A stretch of DNA of 26,047 nucleotides from a virus (taxonomy: Duplodnaviria > Caudoviricetes), in the IMG/VR virus record IMGVR_UViG_3300038673_000278, positions 1 through 26,047 of that record; one strand, written 5' to 3'. The stretch's first letter is position 1. The number at the start of each line of letters is the position of its first letter. Made by a program: the position numbers and the translations under genes. The notes under the pieces are model-generated. The model saw nothing but the letters and a program-made list of their open reading frames with translations, was not told the origin of the DNA and did no database searches. Below, piece by piece: positions 8,515-17,056 of this stretch.

Positions 8515-8687
8515 ATAGCCTCCTTACAGTCTGGACACACGTTAAGCCATATATCATTTATCTTGAATGACTTCCAGCCACATGTTATCATTCTTTCGCG
8601 GGCTTCCTCAAAACTAATGCAGTCTTTTAGCTCTTCACCGCACATATCACAAATAACTACGTACGATCCGTACATTCTGTCGATCAT
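8511..8687 (-). CDS. 58-aa Zn-ribbon protein (MIDRMYGSYVVICDMCG...GW...VCPDC)
   Basis: Translated by hand. TAATG coupling with the upstream gene and ATGA coupling with the downstream gene; two CxxC motifs. Confidence 0.75.
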   Translation of the reverse strand: MIDRMYGSYVVICDMCGEELKDCISFEEARERMITCGWKSFKINDIWLNVCPDCKEAI

Positions 8688-9508
8688 TACTCGCTGCCCT
8701 CCAATACTTTTGTCTCAAAGAAACGCTGTCTATATTCTATCAATGGATCCATGTATATGTTATGCTTTTCCATCTCATGTAACAGATACATTCTTATTGT
8801 CTTTGATTTATTGAAGAAGTTCTGTGAAGAGAATACTTTATAGCGCTTCACTGTTTTACCTACTGTTACGCGTCCTGCATAATGCTTTTTCATGCACTGA
8901 TTACACATTGGTATAACATTCCAAGCAGTGTACGAACCATTTAAGTAGGTTGGAAAATACTTTGCTCTTACTTCTATATGTGCTCCGCATATTGCGCAAC
9001 CATTAAAGAACTTACATCTGTGTTGCCATTCAGCCTCTGTCATCACTATTGGCGGCGCTGCAGCGATTACAATACGCCACGCTCGCTCATAGTCTTCTGC
9101 ATACTTATAGAATAGCTCTTTGGCTTCTTTTTCTGTAAGTGCCTCACCATCTAGATACTTATCTACATACGTACCAGCGTTTATGCAGTCTTTGCAAAGA
9201 CCTGTCTCAAGGTATATTGGTCCATGCTCTTCATCGTCATAGACGCGCAGCTTTCGCCACCTAGGCGGTACAAACACTTTACCACACCTGTCACACATCT
9301 CTCTAACTATGTATGGAATACCGTTTCTTTCTTCTAGTCTATACAGCTTCCAGTCAGGTTTTACTTGATGCTGCTTAATCATAGAACAGTCTAGGTAGTC
9401 TACTATACCAGGTATTTTTAGTGCTATAGACACCATATCCAGCTTGGTAGTATTGCCAGGCTCTATTGGAGCTTCCTTATACTTACGCTTAGCTGTTCTT
9501 TTTGCCAT
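8687..9508 (-). CDS. Zn-finger protein with degenerate HNH-like domain
   Basis: MTEAEW...FNGCAICG...FP...G...WNVIPMCNQC follows the HNH scaffold, but the catalytic DH is replaced by KY. A second pair, CDRC...CKDC, lies upstream. Confidence 0.7.
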   Translation of the reverse strand: MAKRTAKRKYKEAPIEPGNTTKLDMVSIALKIPGIVDYLDCSMIKQHQVKPDWKLYRLEERNGIPYIVREMCDRCGKVFVPPRWRKLRVYDDEEHGPIYLETGLCKDCINAGTYVDKYLDGEALTEKEAKELFYKYAEDYERAWRIVIAAAPPIVMTEAEWQHRCKFFNGCAICGAHIEVRAKYFPTYLNGSYTAWNVIPMCNQCMKKHYAGRVTVGKTVKRYKVFSSQNFFNKSKTIRMYLLHEMEKHNIYMDPLIEYRQRFFETKVLEGSE

Positions 9509-9511
9509 TGA

Positions 9512-9991
9512 TTACCACCTCGCGGCTGTGTCATATCTGATTATAGGTAGGCTGCATTTCTCAGACAATACTTTTGTATACTTGTCAGATATTTCACCAA
9601 GCTTTTCTACACAATCTATGTAGTTTTCACCACGCCTAGTACATCTGGACCAAAGCACTTTAAGCGGTGCGGTGCAATAAACAACAAAGCCGCCACCATG
9701 AGCTATAACCATAGCTTCAAGCATCTCAGCATGAATGTCTAGCATCTCTTGGTTTCCGCGCATTACAGGCCCATAAACCATATCTGAGTACCAGCTACGA
9801 TCAAAGATAGTTACCAGTGCTGGATCTGCCGACTTTATTGCTTCGGCATATATCCTATAGTATAGCGTAGCTGCTTCAGGCGTCTCGGGCGCGCTGAAAT
9901 GCAGACGCTTGCTACCTGGATGACTTCTAAGTAGCTTTTCAATTAGAGTAGTTTTTCCGGCTCCATCAGGTCCTTCAACAATGATAAACAT
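9512..9991 (-). CDS. Thymidylate kinase-like dNMP kinase
   Basis: P-loop IIVEGPDGAGKTT and DRSWYSDMVYG motif. Confidence 0.85.
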   Translation of the reverse strand: MFIIVEGPDGAGKTTLIEKLLRSHPGSKRLHFSAPETPEAATLYYRIYAEAIKSADPALVTIFDRSWYSDMVYGPVMRGNQEMLDIHAEMLEAMVIAHGGGFVVYCTAPLKVLWSRCTRRGENYIDCVEKLGEISDKYTKVLSEKCSLPIIRYDTAARW

Positions 9992-10001
9992 AGTATACCT
10001 C

Positions 10002-10754
10002 CTATAGTATTAAATTAAAATCTTCTTCTAGCATTGCCTGTGGTGTAGATATCTTGACTGGATTGCCACAAGACATTTTACCTTCTCTGCAGCCGCCGCG
10101 CTGCGTACAGTCAGGGCCTGCAGCCTCAAATAAGCTACTCAGCCTTTTTAGCTCCTGCCAGATAAGCAGCATTACATATCTTGTTTCCAGTGTGTTACGT
10201 CTACATGTACGCTGGCTTATCATGTGTTTCCACTGATACGGCGTCGCCGAGATTACTAAAATATTCCGCATGCCCTGTGGCATAATATAACCAGCGGCGT
10301 CGCGGCCTACCTTCTGTGCGTAAGCACTATATACATCAAGCGAAGCCATACAGTTTGATAGGTATGATTCTCTTAAGCTGTCACCTGTTTCTGCATCATG
10401 CTTAATCACTTCGTATGGTACGCAGAATCTGGCAGTATCAGAGTAGTCACTGTACTGCAGGCTACCCGACATAAACTTAACCTCATTTTGGTGTCTGGTT
10501 ATCTGGGCTAAGAATCTACGCGATGCTCCAATAACTACGACATTTATTACAGAGAACTTCTGTAGTGTGGGATGCGGCAGCGCAGTTAAGTTGCGTATAA
10601 ACTCGTTACCATACGGTTTTTCCATCAATGCTTCAAAGTCATCGATATTGTTTATTGTTTCGCCGCGCTGCGTCAATCTAGCCATAGCTACCGACATACG
10701 CTCTGCATCTAGTATAACTTCTGGGTTCAGTATCTTTACCTGAATTTTATCCAT
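10002..10754 (-). CDS. thyX: Divergent flavin-dependent thymidylate synthase (ThyX fold)
   Basis: HPT, ASRRFLAQITRHQ...SLQY, YIMP, QRTC...ETR and C-terminal GPDC...CREG..SCG. Several canonical residues are substituted. Confidence 0.85.
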   Translation of the reverse strand: MDKIQVKILNPEVILDAERMSVAMARLTQRGETINNIDDFEALMEKPYGNEFIRNLTALPHPTLQKFSVINVVVIGASRRFLAQITRHQNEVKFMSGSLQYSDYSDTARFCVPYEVIKHDAETGDSLRESYLSNCMASLDVYSAYAQKVGRDAAGYIMPQGMRNILVISATPYQWKHMISQRTCRRNTLETRYVMLLIWQELKRLSSLFEAAGPDCTQRGGCREGKMSCGNPVKISTPQAMLEEDFNLIL

Positions 10755-10983
10755 TTTCCACAGCCTCCTTAGTTATCGTATTTATTCTTTCAGCTAGCTC
10801 TGTGTCTAGCTTACCCAATGCCTTGTTGAACTGTTCAGTCAACACTCTTACAGCAAGCCCAAGCGTTACAACATCTACTTCAGTATCTATGACTGTTATA
10901 TTCTTTACGGGATCATAGCGTACTAATACATGCTGCTTAGCGCACTGGTTTGTATTTGCTATACCTTTAATCTCCAGCTTCAT
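10747..10983 (-). CDS. Hypothetical protein inside the nucleotide-metabolism cluster
   Basis: ATG at 10983 (MKLEIK) with GGAGGT RBS; overlaps both neighbours. Confidence 0.7.
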   Translation of the reverse strand: MKLEIKGIANTNQCAKQHVLVRYDPVKNITVIDTEVDVVTLGLAVRVLTEQFNKALGKLDTELAERINTITKEAVENG

Positions 10984-11350
10984 TCGGTACCTCCACACAG
11001 TGCTTATATGTAGCAGTGTTGCGCTGCCTGAGGTAATTTTCCTGGTTCTTTTTTAGGTACTCACTTAGTAGCTCATCAGGCGTCATTCCTAAAGCTAGCA
11101 TAACATTCATAAAGAAGTGCCATGCATCTATCAGCTCTTCTTTACACCTGGTAAAGTCATATGCTGTAGTCTTCTTCCAAGCTTTGAAGCCAGGCGTATC
11201 CTGAAGAACTTCGTGTAGCTCATGCACGCAATGCACAGTATACTCTTTGACATAAGCCGCTTTTTCTTCGTCAGACATTTTGCTGAAGTCATAGCCAAGG
11301 AAGGCCTGGAGCTCTGATTGCATTTCAAGCATCTTTTCTAACTTATACAT
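10967..11350 (-). CDS. Dimeric all-alpha dUTPase (MazG-like NTP pyrophosphohydrolase)
   Basis: MQSELQ, ELHE, FKAWK, EELIDAWHF and KKNQENYLRQ match the five dimeric dUTPase motifs. Confidence 0.85.
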   Translation of the reverse strand: MYKLEKMLEMQSELQAFLGYDFSKMSDEEKAAYVKEYTVHCVHELHEVLQDTPGFKAWKKTTAYDFTRCKEELIDAWHFFMNVMLALGMTPDELLSEYLKKNQENYLRQRNTATYKHCVEVPNEAGD

Positions 11351-11359
11351 TGCTTCCTC

Positions 11360-12412
11360 CTACTTAATGCGTAGCATCTGTGACGTATTTATCGTCACGC
11401 AGTCTTTGTAGGCATCTGGGTACAGTGAGTCTAGCTTAGCAAAGTTACAGCTCTGCCTTGCACTTATCTGTCTGGTTATTGTGTGAGTAGCTGTAATGCC
11501 TTGCATGTTGTCTCCAATAGCACTAAAGATCTGAGCGTACAGCTCATCTTTTATTTTTGTCAGTGCCTTGATCTTTTCGCGCAGTATACAGTACGATTCA
11601 ACCAGCGTTTCTGTCACCTCATCCTCAAACACTATCGGTGGTTTGAGCTCATCAGGCTCTGCTGCTTTTAGCTTTTCTACATCTTTAGCTTCTGCCACAG
11701 GCTCAATGCACTTAAGAACATTCTCATTCCAGAACTCTTTGGCCGCTGCTTGCTCTCTTGCAAAAAGCTCGTCATCAAATGGAAGCTCATGTGCATACAA
11801 TCTTTGACCACCTACAAGACATACCAAGACTATCTCTTTAAGACCAGTTATGCCGCAGTACCATGTAGCCTGACATATGTAGTTGAAAGGTATTGGACCG
11901 TCTTCCCACAAGCTACGATTGTACTCAGTAGTAGTCTTGATTTCAAGTATGCCTGTAATTACTGAGCGGTCCTCTGAAAGAGTAAACCCATCAATATTTG
12001 CAAGCTCCCAGGAGTTCTCGTCAGACTGCAATATAACTGGAATATGGATCCATTCTCTTTCGTACCGGTTTCCCCATTCAGTAGCTATTGTAGTTTCTAA
12101 TAGGTTTCCCCAGCGAGCTGGTTCAGACTGTTCTACAGGCCGTGAGTCATCGTATACACCTATCTTTGAATAGAATACCTGCTGCTTGCTACTCCATTTA
12201 TTTTCACCTAGTATAGTAGCAATCTCTGAGCCGCCTAGTCCAGCTTTACGTTTGTCAAGCCAAGCCTCTTGGTCAAATTCCGGCGACGCTGCAGAGTATA
12301 GGTGACACCCTTTAAGCTGAACAAGATAGTCAGCCCACAGGCTAGCCTCCTCTAATGCTACGTCTGGTCTACTCGCCGTTATTATTTCTATAATCTTTTG
12401 TTTGGACTGCAT
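11360..12412 (-). CDS. YqaJ-like (lambda exonuclease family) recombination nuclease
   Basis: WLDKRKAGLGGSE, WGNLLE, ANIDG, LEIKT and QATWY. Confidence 0.92.
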   Translation of the reverse strand: MQSKQKIIEIITASRPDVALEEASLWADYLVQLKGCHLYSAASPEFDQEAWLDKRKAGLGGSEIATILGENKWSSKQQVFYSKIGVYDDSRPVEQSEPARWGNLLETTIATEWGNRYEREWIHIPVILQSDENSWELANIDGFTLSEDRSVITGILEIKTTTEYNRSLWEDGPIPFNYICQATWYCGITGLKEIVLVCLVGGQRLYAHELPFDDELFAREQAAAKEFWNENVLKCIEPVAEAKDVEKLKAAEPDELKPPIVFEDEVTETLVESYCILREKIKALTKIKDELYAQIFSAIGDNMQGITATHTITRQISARQSCNFAKLDSLYPDAYKDCVTINTSQMLRIK

Positions 12413-12419
12413 AGTTACC

Positions 12420-15371
12420 TCATATCTCGCTTCCTATGTAGCGCATCTCTCTGGCCCTACGTATCTCATCTTCTAGCGGTGGTGACAATAGTAGATCCTC
12501 AATGAAGGCTAGCCCTAACGGTGTACGCTTGTAGTCTTGCCCAGCCTTTTCAATAATAGAATTACTGATAAGAAACTGAAGTAGATTTTTAAGTTCGTCT
12601 CTGTCTAAGCCTGTAGCATCTTCTATTGTGTTCCTATTGAAATACGGCATCTGATACAATGCTTTAACTACATCCATAACAGATCTAGTTGCAAATGGTA
12701 TCGAGATAAAGCCGTTGCGGAGGCGCTGCATCGCTGCATCTGTTGTGTCACTGTTTTCAAATACGTCTGCTGAGAATCTGTCGTATGCCAAAGCTTTGCT
12801 ATCATAAACATCGTTCAGGTATCTTACTACAAACTCTACATGCTCTTTGTTGACAATGATATTTGTGCCATCATCTGTCGAATATACGGCAGCCGCGGCA
12901 GCCACTGATAGCCTTGCTAGCTTGAGCCTTTGATCAGCTGGTTCTACTAATGGTATTCTACTTGCGTATTTTTTACCCATCTTAGAAGCGTTTTCTAGTA
13001 TAACTTTTGACGCCTCATCAGTGAATATGACATTCTCTGGCCTTCTTGACCATGCCCACATTACGCGCATTTTGCATCTATCAGAAGTATAGACATGGGG
13101 TACTGCAGGTATATCTGTGATACTCTTGTTTACTATGTCTGTGTCTACTTCACCAGACGCTACACCAACAGCAAAGTCTAATCTTCTGACATCTTCAGCC
13201 TTGCCCCATAGTTTCAATATAGCTGATACACCGTAGTTTTCAGCTTTCAGTTGACGACCATTTCTTGGGTTAGATATAAACAGCATTCTTGTTCTTGATG
13301 TGGTTTCAGCAGTAACAACTCCAGTAGCTTTAGCTATACCAGACGATCTAACGTCGGACATCTGGGCCAAATCATTTTCTGGCATTCCTGATAGCTCATC
13401 TACGGTTAGCAGTCCACCATCGTTAAGAGGCATTGCGCCCCACATCAGTGACCAGCTACTCTTGCTGCCTGATTGCTGTATGCTGTATACCAGTCCAGTA
13501 CGCTTAGATGATTCACCGGACAGCAGCTCTCCACTTTTATAGTGGCTCATGAGCCTTTCTACAAGTGTTGTCTTAGCCTGACCAGAGTCGCCGATTATTA
13601 AGCATTCTGCCCAGCCTCGCTTTACCTGCTGCTCCTGGAATATAAAAGACAATGCTGAATGATATACCAGGTCTACTGCATAGGCTACTTTACGCCTGTC
13701 CCATATATACGTCACATTACGCTCTAGATCAGTGTGTATCTCATTGAACTTGCTTTCTACTGTTTGTCCTTCACCTACTTGAAATACCTTTAGCAGTTCA
13801 TGTACTTCAGGAGTTATCTCAAGATCGTCTAGCAAGTCTTTTTCTGGTATAGCCTGATCAAAAACGTAAGTAGCTTTTTGATTGTTAGGATCAGCGTGCA
13901 TATATCCTACAAGGTTAAATCTTTTATTGGTAGGTAGGTTATTGCCAATAACATAGCCACTTCTAGAAACATACTCTTGCCTTAGTGCAAACCCAAAATT
14001 AGCGTCTGCTTTAGGTATCATGAATACTGTTTCTAAGTTGTCATACTCTAGGATTTCAAACCCACACTGGCCACACTTAACGTTACAACCTACTAGTCCT
14101 TTTAATACCATACGCTGGACATTATCAGCGCAGTTTACCAACTTAAGCAATACAGAATCTTTACTTGTTATGTGTATGTCGATTCGCTTTTTACATAGCA
14201 GGCTACATGTACTACATTGCTTTTTGTCTTCACTTCCTTCTGTACAGGTTATTCTAACGCACTTTGGAAATATGTATGGTGCGCTTTCTTTACCTGCAAC
14301 CAGAACTGGTATTTTTAATCTTTTCCCTGCATACCTGGCATTAGAAGATGCGGCTAGTGATACAGACGGTATATCTGCAGCAGTCGAAATTGCCATAAAA
14401 AGAGCCATGAATTTTTCTTTATCATAGCCATCTTTAGTCACTATATCAGTTACGTCACCTTTTTCACGCCAGCCATCAGGCCACTTAATGGTGTAAACTT
14501 CTATAGAATTTCTGAGATTGTCTACCATATAATCGGTAGCTCTTTTACCAGCTTCATCGTTGTCATAGCATACATATATGCGCTTCTTACGCTTTATGTA
14601 ATTAAACCATTCTACTCTGAAGTTCTCAGCCCCGGCAGTTGTAGTACAGGCAGGAAGTCCCATTTGCTCCAACACAAGCCTGTCCCATTCACCTTCACAC
14701 CAGATGATTTCCTCTACTGATTTATCGAATAGGTGTTCTATACCAAAGATTCTATTCTCGCCGTACGTGTTACCAAGCTGGTCTTCATAGTTGATCATTT
14801 TTGTGCTGTCTTCATATGAATTCCATTTGTATCTACGTATATTTACCAGCTCATTAAATTCATCATATATTGGTATAGTGACTCTTTCTCCATCCCAACC
14901 AATCCAAAAGCGTTTTAGCGTATCATCTTTTATGCCTCTTTTGTCTTTAAGAATGTCTCTTATAGCACCTGTAGAAGTCATTAAAGCTTGATGCCATTGA
15001 GCAGTCAGACCCTGGTCAATAAAGGGTCTGCTGTCAATGTCTGTTGGTCTTTCTATACTTAAGGCATCACCAAGTTCATGCCAAGCTTCTTGCTTAGTAA
15101 GTTTTCTTGTCTCTGCATAATACGTGTGTATGTTTCCTTTTGACCCACACGCATTACATAAGTATACGCCGCTATCAAGATTGACTGTGAATGAAGGGAC
15201 ACTGTCTTGCCCTGACAAGTGCTTTTCTGTAAAAGGACACTGTGATTTTAGTTCATTGCCATGTCTATGATAGACCGCCTTTACTTTATCAAGCTCTTCT
15301 ACGAAAAACGCTTCGGCATCGATAGTGCTAAGGATTTTGTTTCGATAATCTCTCCACTTCAAACCTGTCAC
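12420..15371 (-). CDS. Primase-helicase: Zn finger + DnaG-type TOPRIM primase fused to an MCM-family AAA+ helicase
   Basis: CPF..H...CNACG Zn finger; TOPRIM motifs CEGEWD, YDNDEAG and KGDVTD. MCM motifs IIGDSGQAKT, TGL, WGAMPLNDGGLLTVDE, ISNPRNGR, RRLDF and KLARLSVA. GTG start. Confidence 0.88.
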   Translation of the reverse strand: MTGLKWRDYRNKILSTIDAEAFFVEELDKVKAVYHRHGNELKSQCPFTEKHLSGQDSVPSFTVNLDSGVYLCNACGSKGNIHTYYAETRKLTKQEAWHELGDALSIERPTDIDSRPFIDQGLTAQWHQALMTSTGAIRDILKDKRGIKDDTLKRFWIGWDGERVTIPIYDEFNELVNIRRYKWNSYEDSTKMINYEDQLGNTYGENRIFGIEHLFDKSVEEIIWCEGEWDRLVLEQMGLPACTTTAGAENFRVEWFNYIKRKKRIYVCYDNDEAGKRATDYMVDNLRNSIEVYTIKWPDGWREKGDVTDIVTKDGYDKEKFMALFMAISTAADIPSVSLAASSNARYAGKRLKIPVLVAGKESAPYIFPKCVRITCTEGSEDKKQCSTCSLLCKKRIDIHITSKDSVLLKLVNCADNVQRMVLKGLVGCNVKCGQCGFEILEYDNLETVFMIPKADANFGFALRQEYVSRSGYVIGNNLPTNKRFNLVGYMHADPNNQKATYVFDQAIPEKDLLDDLEITPEVHELLKVFQVGEGQTVESKFNEIHTDLERNVTYIWDRRKVAYAVDLVYHSALSFIFQEQQVKRGWAECLIIGDSGQAKTTLVERLMSHYKSGELLSGESSKRTGLVYSIQQSGSKSSWSLMWGAMPLNDGGLLTVDELSGMPENDLAQMSDVRSSGIAKATGVVTAETTSRTRMLFISNPRNGRQLKAENYGVSAILKLWGKAEDVRRLDFAVGVASGEVDTDIVNKSITDIPAVPHVYTSDRCKMRVMWAWSRRPENVIFTDEASKVILENASKMGKKYASRIPLVEPADQRLKLARLSVAAAAAVYSTDDGTNIIVNKEHVEFVVRYLNDVYDSKALAYDRFSADVFENSDTTDAAMQRLRNGFISIPFATRSVMDVVKALYQMPYFNRNTIEDATGLDRDELKNLLQFLISNSIIEKAGQDYKRTPLGLAFIEDLLLSPPLEDEIRRAREMRYIGSEI

Positions 15372-15391
15372 CTCGCACTGTCAAAATATGA

Positions 15392-16153
15392 TTAGATTTC
15401 TTCGGCAATAGAATCGTTCACTTCTGTGGCTGTTACTTCAGTAGCCATGCTGTCTTCATAGTCGGCCCTAACTACCATGCTCTCATATGCTTTGAACAGT
15501 TCGAAGGCAAGCTGTCTGTCTTCTTCTGAAGTTTTACCAGCCATAGCAGTTGTCATAATAAACCAGGCCTGCTTGTCTTTTGTTACTTTTTTGCTAGACA
15601 GTGTGTAGCAGTAATTCCATGCTGCCGCGCGCATGCTCTTAGCTATACTGAGAAGCTTTTTACCCTCGTTGTAGTTTGTTCTAGCAAAGCTTAGAACTAC
15701 GGGCATTGGCTCACCCTCCATGAAACCAAGGAAGTTCAAGTAAGCTGTGCAGGTCGGCTGCGCGGCCTTGCCGGTTTTAGTATTATCAAACTGATTCTTT
15801 CTACACTTGGCGCACACCAGTGTACCATTCTCGTCTTCACCGATCTTACCATCAAACGATCTGCACAGTATACGTGTATCAGCTCCTCTGTCTGGATCCC
15901 AGCGAATATTGGTGTAGTACTGCTTGATCGGGATAAACTTCTTACCTGCTACATTCTCTTTTGTAAGACTGTTAATGACGTCGCCTTCATTAGCCTCACC
16001 ATCGACTCTCTCAGGGCTCAGGGCCTGGATAACTTTAATTCTAGGAATTATAATATCCTCTGCCTTTGTCTCTTCGAACCCGTAAGCTACTGAATCATTA
16101 TAGCTGGCCATCTGCTGTTCTTCTTTTACGGTTAGATCTTTGTTCTCTGTCAT
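15392..16153 (-). CDS. Putative single-stranded DNA-binding/annealing protein
   Basis: IIIPRIKVIQALSPE N-terminal motif, Cys cluster and acidic C-terminal tail; position directly upstream of the primase-helicase. Family not certain. Confidence 0.55.
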   Translation of the reverse strand: MTENKDLTVKEEQQMASYNDSVAYGFEETKAEDIIIPRIKVIQALSPERVDGEANEGDVINSLTKENVAGKKFIPIKQYYTNIRWDPDRGADTRILCRSFDGKIGEDENGTLVCAKCRKNQFDNTKTGKAAQPTCTAYLNFLGFMEGEPMPVVLSFARTNYNEGKKLLSIAKSMRAAAWNYCYTLSSKKVTKDKQAWFIMTTAMAGKTSEEDRQLAFELFKAYESMVVRADYEDSMATEVTATEVNDSIAEEI

Positions 16154-16839
16154 AGTGGTCTCTCCTTTGCATTCTGCATTTCTGAATCTAGAACTTTTAC
16201 TATATATGAAGCAAGACAGTCGGCAACAGTATTAGCTATTACCCAGTCAAGCGCCATATCGCGTGGAATTTCTTCGCGCCCATGTTCTCTGCGCTGCCTA
16301 AAGAAGTCATTTACAATCCTGTCTTTTTCAGACTTACGATTTGCCACAGCTGTTATCCGCATAAAAAGCTCAATACCAGTTGGGTCGTATACCATAGCTT
16401 GCTTTATATTACCAGCCGAATAGCTCATAAGGTGTCCTTTAGTCCACTGCATAAATATGCGCTCTTCGTCTTTGTTAATCATCTTTACAAGCTTAAACAC
16501 TTTTTCCCACATGTCCCGATTTTTCACAGGGCCAGTTGCTCCTACCCAGTTGTTTGCTTCCCATTTACCTAACCAATCCAGCATAACTGTATTGTGTAGA
16601 TACTCAGAGTCAGTGATAATGATTATGTCTTCTTTTGTGTTACTTTGTGCTGCAAACACTAAAGCCGATATTAGTCCGTTAATTTCGCCGCGCTGGTTTG
16701 TAGACTCTGTTTCTTCAAAGATAGATTTGTAGCACATTTCACCAGCGTCTGTTTGAATCCAAGCGGCTCCAACAGAACTACAGTCAGGCTTTCCATTTCT
16801 TTTGCAGGCTCCGTCAATAGCGATTAAGATATAAATCAC
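16150..16839 (-). CDS. rnhA: Ribonuclease HI with an internal insertion
   Basis: IDGACKRNG, STNQRGE, ITDSEY, VKNRDMW, WTKGH and NTVADCLA; all four acidic catalytic residues are present. Confidence 0.9.
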   Translation of the reverse strand: MIYILIAIDGACKRNGKPDCSSVGAAWIQTDAGEMCYKSIFEETESTNQRGEINGLISALVFAAQSNTKEDIIIITDSEYLHNTVMLDWLGKWEANNWVGATGPVKNRDMWEKVFKLVKMINKDEERIFMQWTKGHLMSYSAGNIKQAMVYDPTGIELFMRITAVANRKSEKDRIVNDFFRQRREHGREEIPRDMALDWVIANTVADCLASYIVKVLDSEMQNAKERPL

Positions 16840-17055
16840 TCCTTTCGATATATTCTATCAGTAGACCATTTATATGTCCCGCTGTATTACACGCGTAAGA
16901 TATCATTGATTTCGATACACCTAAGTATACAGCCGCAGCTTGCCCACTTTCAAACTCGCGTACAGCATTGCCCTCATATAATCTAACACGTTTATATAGT
17001 TTACGCTTATCCCATAGGCCCTATTTCTAGGACACATTCTCCATACTTCTTGCAT
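16840..17055 (-). pseudogene. Remnant of a NUMOD4-HNH-NUMOD1 homing endonuclease
   Basis: ATG at 17055 gives MQEVWRMCPRNRAYGIS (NUMOD4-like start). A different frame with no start codon gives KRVRLYEGNAVREFESGQAAAVYLGVSKSMISYAC (NUMOD1/IENR1-like). No HNH core lies between them. Confidence 0.65.
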
Positions 17056-17056
17056 A

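Noticed and set aside
3724-11350. 2-aminoadenine (Z) genome pathway from HD + MazG-like + PolA
   Set aside because: No PurZ in the window. The HD protein has YhaM architecture and the MazG-like protein has dimeric dUTPase motifs.
5489-15371. Intein or group I intron in the polymerase or primase-helicase
   Set aside because: Both ORFs are continuous with normal motif spacing and no splice-junction or LAGLIDADG signatures.
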